Of a DNA stretch of 64,000 nucleotides, positions 56,089 to 64,000 are shown piece by piece. Source of the stretch: a virus. Position 1 is the first letter of the stretch, and every line of letters begins with the position of its first letter. Under the pieces are notes generated by a model that worked only from the letters and a program-made list of their open reading frames with translations, was not told the origin of the DNA and did not search any database. The DNA lies in the IMG/VR virus record IMGVR_UViG_3300046471_000128, positions 1 through 64,000 of that record, one strand, 5' to 3'. Position numbers and translations under genes: made by a program.

Positions 56089-56173
56089 GGCTTTTTCCTT
56101 TCGAAAGAATCGGGATATAGTAACCCGTCACTTACTTTATCAGGAAGGTGACGGGTTTACAAGCAAAACAGCC

Positions 56174-57058
56174 TTACTTCAGGCCCGCCTTAGCCAGCCC
56201 TGCGGCGATCTTCGAGCGACCCGTGCCGACGGTTGCCGAGTTGGGCTTCGCGCCCGGCACCGAGGCCGCGTTCGTGATCGAACCGGCGCCCGCTTTGAGC
56301 TTCGACTTGCGCAGGGTGTCCTTGTCCGGGTCCAGCTCGACCAGCTTCTCGATCGCGGCTTCGAACGCGAGCGGCTCGCCCTTGCTATCGACCAGCACGT
56401 TGCGGTCTTTCGAACCCGCAGGCTTGTCGAACGCGACGACCCCACCGTCCTTGAACTCGAAGTGGCTACCGTAGACCCGGCGGGCCTTAGCAACAGAGAG
56501 AGTGAGCTCCTCGGCGATGAACTTGGAGGTGCCAAAGGCGTTGCCCACCGTCAGTTCTGCGATCTGCGAAGCCAGCTCGACTACACGCTGCTCGGCGGCG
56601 CTCTTGCCGTCGCGTTCAGCCTGCAGTTCCTTGCCGTGTTGCTCGACCATCTGGGCCTTCAACGAGTCCCATTGGCCCTTCGCTTCCAGCTGCGCGATTT
56701 CGGCGTCTTTCTTTGCCTGCACCAGCGCTCGCAGTTCCTTCGGGTCCAGACCATCGAATTCCTTCAGGCGAGCATTCGCTTGCTCGAGCTGAGTGGCGGT
56801 GGCCCTGAGCTTGTCCTTCTTATCCATCACTTCGCGCAGCAACGCGGCCTCTTCGTCGCTCGGCTTCTTGCCGCGAACACGCTCGGCCTCGGCGCGTTCA
56901 GCTTCAGCGCGCTCAGCCTCCTTGGCTGCCGCCGCAAGTTTCGCCGCTTCGTCGTCACCGCCCGACGCGCCGCCTACGCCACCGCCACCAGAGCCGCCTT
57001 CGCCCTCGGGTGCCATGTAGCCGCCGCGCATCATCAAATGCATCAGGAACTTGTTCAT
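56174..57058 (-). CDS. Capsid scaffolding protein
   Basis: Coiled-coil protein between portal and capsid genes. Confidence 0.75.
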   Translation of the reverse strand: MNKFLMHLMMRGGYMAPEGEGGSGGGGVGGASGGDDEAAKLAAAAKEAERAEAERAEAERVRGKKPSDEEAALLREVMDKKDKLRATATQLEQANARLKEFDGLDPKELRALVQAKKDAEIAQLEAKGQWDSLKAQMVEQHGKELQAERDGKSAAEQRVVELASQIAELTVGNAFGTSKFIAEELTLSVAKARRVYGSHFEFKDGGVVAFDKPAGSKDRNVLVDSKGEPLAFEAAIEKLVELDPDKDTLRKSKLKAGAGSITNAASVPGAKPNSATVGTGRSKIAAGLAKAGLK

Positions 57059-57134
57059 CTCTTTGCTGCCTTTACGTGTGAGCGTTCTCTCGCTCGGGTT
57101 GTGTCAGTGAGGCCGTTCACTTGGCCCGGTCGTG

Positions 57135-58700
57135 TTACGTGGACTTCAACATCTGATTCGCGACGGTTTTGCCACCCATCTTCTGAATCTCGGCGCTAGA
57201 CATAGGCGACTGTCCCGCGCCAGGTGCAGCCAGTGCGTCCACCGGCGGCCAGCTTTTCAACTCGCCTTTCATCTTCGTGATCAGGTCTTCCTTGAGCATC
57301 GGGAAGAGCTTGTCGATCACCGAGTCCATCTGCTGACGACGCACGCCCTCGGGCGCTTCAATCATCGCGAGGCGCGCGGCGATATCGAACTCGTCATACA
57401 GCCCGCGAACATCGAAGTTCTTCGGGTAGGCGACCATCTGCTTCGTCACGTCGGTGGCGGTCGCATCGGGCGCCGTGTCAATCGGCTGGCCGTTGTAGAG
57501 CGCGACCAGTTGACAGAGCTTGCGTTCGACCTGTTCCAGCGCGTCGGCCTTGGCCGCCAGCAACGAATTCACTCGCTCGAAGTCGTATGCCTTTGCCACG
57601 CCGGAGCTGTTGTCGATGCCCTGCGAGTTGTCTTCCTTGGTGCGCTCGCCGGCGAGGCCGATCGAGTGGTAAATCTCGTTGATGATCTTGGAGATCACCT
57701 TGACGATCAGGTCCGCCTGCTTGACGTCCGGACTGATGAACCCGGGTTTGTCGCCGCCCGAGGCGTCGTAGGTGAAAATCCGCTTGGTGCCCATCTCCAC
57801 CAGCTTGTCGTGCGCCTCGTCGCCGGCGGTGAGTGCCTGCGCGGGGATCACCAGCTGGCTGAAGGTCTGGTCCTGAATGATCGCGTCGAGGTTCGACAGG
57901 TAGTTCGCGACCGCGCGGTCCAGATACGCGGCGTCGGCGATCAGCGCGGGCGACGTGTAGGGGTCGTCGGAGATCACGTTGTCGGCGGCGAACACCGGCA
58001 CCACGCCCAGCCCGTGCACGATCGGATCGTTCACGACGATGGTCTTCTTGCCCTTCGAATCCACATCGACCTGGAACATCTGCGAGAAATCGCGCGTCCA
58101 CAGGCGGTAGCGGTCGATCAGCTTGCCGCTTGACTCCATCGGGTCGGCGTCATCGCGTGCCGTCTCGTAGATCAGAATCCACTGCAGCTTCGCCAGGTCG
58201 TCATAGCTCATGTCGAGCACATGCTGGGGCTTGACGATGTAGGCGTAGACGCGCGCGTCGGCGGCCTTCTCGTCGGCCTTGGTGGTGATGTCGGCGGTCT
58301 TCGTCGAATCGACCACGATCCACGGCCGGCCGTAGGTTGACGCTCGGTTGCTCACGCGCTTCATGAAGTCGTCGATGGGCGACTCATTGAGTGTGGCGCG
58401 CTTCCAGAAGCTCTTGATGCACTCGGGCGCGTCGTCGTTGCGCTTGATGTCGATCTTGAACACGTATTTGTCCAACAGATCGACCACTTCGCGCGTGTGA
58501 TTGAAGCGGTAGGCCCGCTGCAGCCGATGGCGATACTCCTGCTCGCCCTCTTTCACGTATTTGTGCAGGTTTTGCTTAAACCACGCCCGGCCACCCTCGT
58601 AAGTGGATTCCAGGAAGTCCCAATGCGCTTCCATCTCGGCAAACACCGGGTGGCGACGCTTGATGAACTGTTCGAGCTTCTTCTGCTGACTGAGTGCCAT
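57135..58700 (-). CDS. Portal protein
   Basis: Follows TerL; Y..RL.RA...N.T, H.LG.VP, SGVAKAYDF; ATG 58700. Confidence 0.85.
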   Translation of the reverse strand: MALSQQKKLEQFIKRRHPVFAEMEAHWDFLESTYEGGRAWFKQNLHKYVKEGEQEYRHRLQRAYRFNHTREVVDLLDKYVFKIDIKRNDDAPECIKSFWKRATLNESPIDDFMKRVSNRASTYGRPWIVVDSTKTADITTKADEKAADARVYAYIVKPQHVLDMSYDDLAKLQWILIYETARDDADPMESSGKLIDRYRLWTRDFSQMFQVDVDSKGKKTIVVNDPIVHGLGVVPVFAADNVISDDPYTSPALIADAAYLDRAVANYLSNLDAIIQDQTFSQLVIPAQALTAGDEAHDKLVEMGTKRIFTYDASGGDKPGFISPDVKQADLIVKVISKIINEIYHSIGLAGERTKEDNSQGIDNSSGVAKAYDFERVNSLLAAKADALEQVERKLCQLVALYNGQPIDTAPDATATDVTKQMVAYPKNFDVRGLYDEFDIAARLAMIEAPEGVRRQQMDSVIDKLFPMLKEDLITKMKGELKSWPPVDALAAPGAGQSPMSSAEIQKMGGKTVANQMLKST

Positions 58701-58754
58701 ATATGCCTGTGCGTGAAAAACAGGTGACAAAGTCACCTGTTACTTATTTTAAGA

Positions 58755-60041
58755 TCAAATGGATACGCCTGCAATCGTTACTTCGCGCACCGGGAACATG
58801 TATTGGATCGGGTAGCCGAGCGCATCGCCCATGTGATCCACGCCCATGCTCTTGTCGACCTCGCGGCCGCCCTCCTCATAAATCGTCTGTTCGAGCGCGC
58901 GGATCACCTCCTTGCACGGCTTGTTGACCTTCAGCTTGATCTTGCCGTCGGCCGCGCGCAGCATGCGGTTCACCGCGTTCACCCGGTCAGCCACTGGCGG
59001 GTGCTTCTTGTGATAGACGATGTGCTTGAAGCCCTTTTCCTTGAAGATGTCCAGGTCCGACTCGCCGCGTGCGTGCTGGCGATAGCCGCCGGCCGGGTCA
59101 GGGAAGATCGTCGTGCGCTTCATGAGCTTCCAGTAGAGGCGCTCGAGCTCGTTGCTGACCTCCTCGGTGTTCGAGGACTTGAGCGACAGCTCGTGCACCA
59201 CCCACACCTCGCCGTTTTCCTGCGGCTGCAAGATGCAGGAGCTCATCGGGTCGATGTTAAAGTCCTGCCCCACCCAGATCGGCAGGGCCGGATTGAACGG
59301 GAAGTCGCCAACGTGCGTCTTCCGGTCGAACGGGTAATAGACCCGGCCGCTCATCGTCTCGAACGAAGCCTCAAATTCCTGCTTGAACGACTTCTCGTCC
59401 ATGTCGGCGCGCGCAGCCTCGATTTCAGAGGCCGGGATGAACGGCGACGTGATGGTCGGGAACTGCCAGCTCTTCCAGCGGCCGAGGATCTGGTTCTTCG
59501 GGTCCTGCCCGAGCGCATACAGGTCGTAGAGGAAGTTGTAGGACTTCGGCGTGCCGATGAAGAGAGCGTGGCCGCCGGTTGACGCGAGCGTCGGGCGCAG
59601 CACCTTCTTCCAGGCTTCCGGGTTGATGTCCTGCACCTCGTCCATGACGAGAAAGTGCACGCCCACGCCGCGCAGCGAGTCAGGGTTGTCCGCGCCCTTC
59701 AGTTCGATCCGGGTGCCGTTGACCAGGATGATCGTGAGGGTCGTCTCGTTGACCTTTCGAATCCAGCGCTTTGGGATCGACGCGAGCAGGTCCGGCCACA
59801 TGATCTGCTTTGCCATCCGGTAAGACGGCGCCACATACCACACGAGGCGCTTGGGCACTTTCGCGTATTTGATGAGCGAGACTTTGGCGAGGACCGTTTT
59901 GCCCCAGCGTCGCCCCGCCACGACCACGCGAAAGCGGTGCGGCGAGCGAAACACCTCCATCTGCTTCGGATGGAGGAAAATCGTCTGCAACTCACTCGCG
60001 ATCGCCGAGATGGTCGGCAGTCCGGGCTCACGCAGGCGCAT
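58755..60041 (-). CDS. terL: Terminase large subunit
   Basis: AGRRWGKT, LVMDE, IGTP, QEFEASF, GQDFN, DH..DALGY; ATG 60041. Confidence 0.95.
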   Translation of the reverse strand: MRLREPGLPTISAIASELQTIFLHPKQMEVFRSPHRFRVVVAGRRWGKTVLAKVSLIKYAKVPKRLVWYVAPSYRMAKQIMWPDLLASIPKRWIRKVNETTLTIILVNGTRIELKGADNPDSLRGVGVHFLVMDEVQDINPEAWKKVLRPTLASTGGHALFIGTPKSYNFLYDLYALGQDPKNQILGRWKSWQFPTITSPFIPASEIEAARADMDEKSFKQEFEASFETMSGRVYYPFDRKTHVGDFPFNPALPIWVGQDFNIDPMSSCILQPQENGEVWVVHELSLKSSNTEEVSNELERLYWKLMKRTTIFPDPAGGYRQHARGESDLDIFKEKGFKHIVYHKKHPPVADRVNAVNRMLRAADGKIKLKVNKPCKEVIRALEQTIYEEGGREVDKSMGVDHMGDALGYPIQYMFPVREVTIAGVSI

Positions 60042-60696
60042 CGTCGTCCTCGTCGTCGAGGCTGCCCTCACCCGGGCCCGGCAGCGCCGCCATCACCTCC
60101 GCGTCGCCCATGTCGAGGCCGGAGTCTTCCTGACGCTGCTGCATCTCGAGGATCTGGTCCGCGGTCATCTCCTGGATGCCCAGCTCCGGAAGCTCGTCTT
60201 CGTCGTTCTTCTCGCCGTCGGCGATGCCCAGCAGGATGAAGCGCTCCTCGCGCAGCGTGGAGAGCGCCTCGGCCGCGAGCTTGAGCGTCTTGATCTCGTT
60301 CTGGACGGTGGCGAACGGGCGCTTGGTCTGCTGCGCCTCGAGCAACTGCTTCTGGATCAGCCCCGCGATCACCTTCGCCGCGTTGTAATGCGACTCCTTC
60401 GTCTCGCGAATCCGCCCGGCAATCACGCCCGCGTCGCCCGTGAGTTGCTGGTGCACCTGCTGTTGAACCGCGGCATGCACTTGGGCGCGTTTAGAGCCCT
60501 TCTCAGCGCCCGCCTTCGCGAACATGAAGCTCAGCGCGCGCGGGGTGCGGTGGAAGCGCTTGGAGAGGTCGTCAAGCGTCACCTCGCCCGATTCCCAGAG
60601 CGCGATGATCTCCGCCTTCTGCTTCTCGGTGAGCGACTTGCTGCCGACCGTGCGACCCCCGCCTTTCTTCGGGGGCGTCTTCGTCTGTTCCGTCAC
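60028..60696 (-). CDS. terS: Terminase small subunit (N-terminal HTH)
   Basis: Overlaps the TerL start; HTH plus helical region. Confidence 0.75.
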   Translation of the reverse strand: MTEQTKTPPKKGGGRTVGSKSLTEKQKAEIIALWESGEVTLDDLSKRFHRTPRALSFMFAKAGAEKGSKRAQVHAAVQQQVHQQLTGDAGVIAGRIRETKESHYNAAKVIAGLIQKQLLEAQQTKRPFATVQNEIKTLKLAAEALSTLREERFILLGIADGEKNDEDELPELGIQEMTADQILEMQQRQEDSGLDMGDAEVMAALPGPGEGSLDDEDDDAPA

Positions 60697-60710
60697 GATT
60701 CGATTCCCGC

Positions 60711-60743
60711 AAAAAAAATGGGGCAGCCGTGTCGGTCTGCCCC
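60711..60743 (-). terminator. Terminator-like hairpin immediately upstream of terS
   Basis: Minus strand GGGGCAG-loop-CTGCCCC followed by ATTTTTTTT. Confidence 0.7.
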
Positions 60744-60902
60744 TTGGAGGTGTTGCTTGAGGAGCAAACTATAACCCGGCCGCAGCCTTGTGTAAATAAC
60801 CCATAACTTATTTTGTGGGCCAGTCTTTCCCACCCGCGTCCTGCTACTCATGCTTCATCGTCCTTTTCCCGAGCCGGGGTCTACCTGACAGAAACCTTAC
60901 TT

Positions 60903-61004
60903 ACTTATCACTTTTTGGGGGTTCCCATAGTTTTTAAAATGTAATTAGTAGTTGTTTTTAAAAAAGGGGATATATATAGAGGGAACCCCCAAAAAGTGAT
61001 AAGT
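60903..61004. repeat. Perfect 24-bp inverted repeat flanking a 54-bp AT-rich spacer
   Basis: ACTTATCACTTTTTGGGGGTTCCC (60903-60926) / GGGAACCCCCAAAAAGTGATAAGT (60981-61004). Confidence 0.92.
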
Positions 61005-61032
61005 GGTAAAAACTACAAAATTTGCTTACTTT

Positions 61033-61470
61033 TTAATCAAAAACGATCTCTTCGAGAGAAATCTCCGGCTCGGGAAAAGAAAGCTCCGGGAGAGAAACCA
61101 GCTGCGGCTCGGGTAAGTTATGGCTTAGTTCCTGAGCCTCGACTTCCACAGTGACCTGCGGCTCGGGAAGAATTTCGGCCGAACCCACCGCGGCTCCCGG
61201 ACCCGGTGCCGGCCGACCGGTGCCGCCGACCACGGCCCGTCCGAGATCCGTCGGCCGAACCAGACGTCGCAGGCGGCCGCGCCGGTGCTCGGCGAAGCTG
61301 CGGTCGATCAGACCGTGCCGCTCGATCGCGCGCAGGCTGAACTGCAGGCTCTCCTTGGTCGTCTTGTAGGTGAGGCGCTCAAGAAGCTGGTCGAGGTCAA
61401 CCGCGGCGCCCTCAGAGGCCCCGGCGACGACCACCTTCATGATCTCGATCTGCTTGATGGTCAGATTCAT
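61033..61470 (-). CDS. Winged-helix DNA-binding protein with an acidic PEP-repeat tail
   Basis: LT.KQIEI...DLDQLLE.L.Y.TTK.S.QFS.RA...GLI.R; ATG 61470. Confidence 0.7.
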   Translation of the reverse strand: MNLTIKQIEIMKVVVAGASEGAAVDLDQLLERLTYKTTKESLQFSLRAIERHGLIDRSFAEHRRGRLRRLVRPTDLGRAVVGGTGRPAPGPGAAVGSAEILPEPQVTVEVEAQELSHNLPEPQLVSLPELSFPEPEISLEEIVFD

Positions 61471-61688
61471 CGCGGCCGGCAGCACCAGAAGTGATCGCCC
61501 TGCTCCGAGTGCGCGAGCGCCCGGCTGACCGTCGCGTATTCGTCCGCGCTGGGCGTGCGCACCCAGATCACGAAGTCATAGGCGCGGCCGCGGGCCTGGT
61601 CGGCCTCGTCGATCGATTCCATCGTCCAGGGCGAGAGGGCGCCCTTCGTGCCCACGATAGCGAGCGTCTTGGCGGTCGTCTTGATCAT
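61467..61688 (-). CDS. Small hypothetical protein
   Basis: ATGA-coupled on both sides; AGGAG RBS. Confidence 0.6.
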   Translation of the reverse strand: MIKTTAKTLAIVGTKGALSPWTMESIDEADQARGRAYDFVIWVRTPSADEYATVSRALAHSEQGDHFWCCRPR

Positions 61689-62674
61689 GCTGTCTCCTGA
61701 GTGGCGAGTAAGTCGAGGCGCAACGGTTCGTCGACGCCTTGGTTTTCGAAAGCGGCGAGCGGGATGCGCGCCGGCAGCGGGCGCATCGCCTGTGTGTTCG
61801 GATCCCAGTCGGGGTTGGTCCAGGCGGCATACACGGTCGCGCCGAACACGAGCTGCTGGGTCTGTTTGAGGAGATACCCGAGCTCCATCGTCTCGACGCG
61901 GCTGGTGCCGTTTAGCCGGTTGTCGCCCGACTTCTCCATCGAGCTGTTGCGGTAATAGAAGGCTCGGAGCTCCTTCAACGTGTGCTCGCGCAGGTAATCG
62001 GGCATCGCCTCGATCTCCGCCTTGATCGCCACGTAGTCGTAGGCCGGGCTCTTGAAGTGGCGCGCGAAGAACGCCAGGCCCGACTCGAACGCCGGCGCCG
62101 ACTTCGGCTTCACGAAGCGCATGCCGGCCTTGATCGAGAACGGGTTGTAGCGGCTCATCGAGCTGCGGCTCTCCACATACCGGAAGCCCATCAGCCGGTA
62201 GCCGATGTTCTTGAAGCGGTAGGCAATGCCGCCGCCCCGATACATCGTGTCGAGCACCGTGCGTGAGGACAGGATCAGGTTCTTGTTGATCCAGGCCATG
62301 CGCTGCACGTTGATGAGACGCGTGTCGCGGCCGTTCTGGTTCGGCCGCATGTGCGGGAACACCTGATTGCGCCCGGAATCGAGCGGCTTGGGCACCGTGA
62401 ACACCATCACGCCGATCGTGAGCGGCGGATTCTCGCCGTCGTCGATCACCAGGCGCACGTAGCGCGGGCCGATGCCGTTCTGGCTCGCCTTGTAGTGGAG
62501 CTCATGCAAGAGCTGCCAGTCCTCCAGCGTGCCGCGCTCGACATACATGTGCTTCACGAGCGACAGGGGGCGCGTGCCGGCCGCCGGGTCACGCCAGGCG
62601 ATGATCGGGCTGTCCGGATCGTCCGAGGCCGTGATCGGCCCGGCAAGGTTCAGGGCGGAGGCCGGCGCGTTCAT
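61685..62674 (-). CDS. GNAT-fold (Mom-like) acetyltransferase
   Basis: LHY, SRTVLDTMYRGGGIA (acetyl-CoA motif A), SMSRYNPF..KAGM; ATG 62674. Confidence 0.72.
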   Translation of the reverse strand: MNAPASALNLAGPITASDDPDSPIIAWRDPAAGTRPLSLVKHMYVERGTLEDWQLLHELHYKASQNGIGPRYVRLVIDDGENPPLTIGVMVFTVPKPLDSGRNQVFPHMRPNQNGRDTRLINVQRMAWINKNLILSSRTVLDTMYRGGGIAYRFKNIGYRLMGFRYVESRSSMSRYNPFSIKAGMRFVKPKSAPAFESGLAFFARHFKSPAYDYVAIKAEIEAMPDYLREHTLKELRAFYYRNSSMEKSGDNRLNGTSRVETMELGYLLKQTQQLVFGATVYAAWTNPDWDPNTQAMRPLPARIPLAAFENQGVDEPLRLDLLATQETA

Positions 62675-63000
62675 TCGAAATCCAGCCCGTCGGTGATGAC
62701 GTAGTTGGCCGCGAGCCACTCCTTGATCTGCGCCTTGGTGCGTGCCCCGACGAACTGGCTCCTGACGACGGTGTTCTGGAGCACCCGCACGTTCGGCACG
62801 TTGCGCACGCCAAGCGTCTGCAGCTCGGCTTCCGAGAAGTCGGTCACGCAAAGCTCGTGGTAGCCGAAGCCATAGTCGGCCTTGAGCGCCTGGAGCGCGG
62901 GCTTCACCACCTTGCAGGGGCCGCACCACGGCGCCGTGAAGATCACGACCTGCGGGCGGTGGGAGGAATCAACGAGTGCTGCGTCGTATTGCGGTTTCAT
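62671..63000 (-). CDS. trx: Thioredoxin
   Basis: FTAPWCGPCK, VRNVP (cis-Pro), FVGA. Confidence 0.93.
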   Translation of the reverse strand: MKPQYDAALVDSSHRPQVVIFTAPWCGPCKVVKPALQALKADYGFGYHELCVTDFSEAELQTLGVRNVPNVRVLQNTVVRSQFVGARTKAQIKEWLAANYVITDGLDFE

Positions 63001-63716
63001 CAGGCCATCCGTTTCAAAAGTTCAAATGCTTCGTCGCGAGTCATCGCGCGATGCCCCTCTGCCGCGTCAGCAAGCTCGCGGTGGGCTTCGATGCGTAACT
63101 TCTCCCGGTAACGCTTCTCGATGTAGAGAGACGGCTGGAGGTCTTCCACGAGGTCGAGGTGGGTCGTTGCGACGATCACCGTCGCATTGACCTTGCGGGC
63201 GGTCTTCTGCAGCGCGAACGCGATCACCTTGGCGGCGGTCCGGTCAAGCACCGCCATGAACTCGTCGGCGACCCAGACGTCGGCCTGGCTCTCGATGGCT
63301 TTGGCGAGCTTGAAGCGGTAGCGCTGGCCGTCAGAGAGCTCGCCGGGCTTACGAATGAAGAGGTAGGCGTCGTTGAGGCCGGCGATCGACAGGAGGCGAA
63401 TCGCGTCGTTGGTCGAGGTGCCGATCTGGTCGATCAGCGGCAGGTCGGGGTCGAGCGCCACCTCGTCGAGGTTGGCGACCTTCTGCCCTTCGGCAGCCAT
63501 CTGGTGCGCGAGCTCGCGCAGGAGCAGCGACTTGCCCGAGCCCGACTGGCCGGTGATGTAGACGACATCGCCCCGCACCACGTCGAGGTCGAGCTTGTCG
63601 AAGATCACGAATTCCTTGTCGTCCAGGCCCAGGCCGAACGCTTCAGCGACTTCGACGACGCGCTGGCTGCGGGCCACGCGCGTGTGGAATCGCTTGTCGA
63701 TGGTGTAGATGCTCAT
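63000..63716 (-). CDS. Stand-alone ABC-family ATPase
   Basis: GQSGSGKS, LSDGQ, VADEF..LD, ATTH; no membrane partner nearby. Confidence 0.9.
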   Translation of the reverse strand: MSIYTIDKRFHTRVARSQRVVEVAEAFGLGLDDKEFVIFDKLDLDVVRGDVVYITGQSGSGKSLLLRELAHQMAAEGQKVANLDEVALDPDLPLIDQIGTSTNDAIRLLSIAGLNDAYLFIRKPGELSDGQRYRFKLAKAIESQADVWVADEFMAVLDRTAAKVIAFALQKTARKVNATVIVATTHLDLVEDLQPSLYIEKRYREKLRIEAHRELADAAEGHRAMTRDEAFELLKRMA

Positions 63717-63997
63717 GCTGGGTATGTCGGGTAGTGGCTATTGAGGCGGGAGAACCAGTCCCAGTAGCCGAGGTTGTCTTGCCAGAAGGCGCACAGGCCG
63801 TTTGCCGTGAGCGTGGTGAAGTCCTCTTCCGTGCTGGAGTTCTCCAGCCCGTAGACCCAATGGATCGCGTGCAGGCACTCGTGCAGGAAGGTGTTCGCGA
63901 GCTTCTGGGGCGTCATGCCGGGCTGCAGTCGGATGCGCTGGCCGATCGTGTTGCAGTGGCCGAACTCACGGTTGCCCTCGGCGTCGTGCTGGCTCAT
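63713..63997 (-). CDS. HExxH zincin-like protein (probably 5'-truncated by the window edge)
   Basis: NTFLHECLHAI...EE motif; frame is open to the window end. Confidence 0.7.
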   Translation of the reverse strand: MSQHDAEGNREFGHCNTIGQRIRLQPGMTPQKLANTFLHECLHAIHWVYGLENSSTEEDFTTLTANGLCAFWQDNLGYWDWFSRLNSHYPTYPA

Positions 63998-64000
63998 CAG

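Larger units (their letters stand above)
1..64000. mobile_element. Temperate siphophage / phage-plasmid (SSU5-like organisation), partial genome
   Basis: Head-tail-lysis module, phage replisome and a plasmid Rep_3/ParA replicon occur together. No host housekeeping context and no integrase in the window. Confidence 0.9.

Noticed and set aside
60903-61004. Protelomerase target (telRL) of a linear phage-plasmid
   Set aside because: The arms are separated by a 54-bp non-palindromic spacer and no protelomerase is in the window; cannot be excluded for the rest of the genome.
63000-63716. ABC transporter
   Set aside because: No permease or substrate-binding gene; coupled to thioredoxin and GNAT instead.

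Overview
This window is a 64-kb slice of a large, GC-rich temperate siphophage that also carries a plasmid replicon, i.e. a phage-plasmid. Gene content and order resemble the SSU5/pHCM2-type group from recall, not from a database search. A Burkholderia-like host is inferred from composition only. Most genes are on the minus strand. Positions 1-12.6 kb hold a recombination/replication block: RecA, 5'-3' flap nuclease, gp32-like SSB, UvsY-like mediator, DnaE fused to a UDG-like domain, a sigma-like factor and a CobS/CobT-like AAA+/vWA pair. Positions 12.9-18.3 kb are a plus-strand lysogeny island: XRE repressor, ParA plus a small partner, an iteron/DnaA-box origin with a Rep_3 initiator, small accessory ORFs and a candidate ~80-nt sRNA. 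Positions 18.4-29 kb carry ligase, a WGR-like protein, primase, DnaB helicase, an Hfq-like protein, PhoH and a metallophosphoesterase. Positions 29-31 kb are the lysis cassette, including a hidden embedded o-spanin. Positions 31-60.7 kb are a lambda-like tail, head and terminase module. Positions 61-64 kb are a wHTH / GNAT / thioredoxin / ABC-ATPase / HExxH cluster beside the terminase. The main things worth follow-up are: (1) a 20-bp quasi-palindrome ATAAGTNA-N4-TNACTTAT repeated at least 16 times at operon heads; (2) the ABC-ATPase/thioredoxin/Mom-like GNAT locus, a candidate DNA-modification system; (3) a phage Hfq homologue plus a stand-alone sRNA candidate; (4) the DnaE-UDG fusion; (5) two related AT-rich inverted-repeat loci; (6) 8-bp-phased tetramer arrays at the par locus. 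I saw no CRISPR array, tRNA, rRNA, integrase, reverse transcriptase or transposase.
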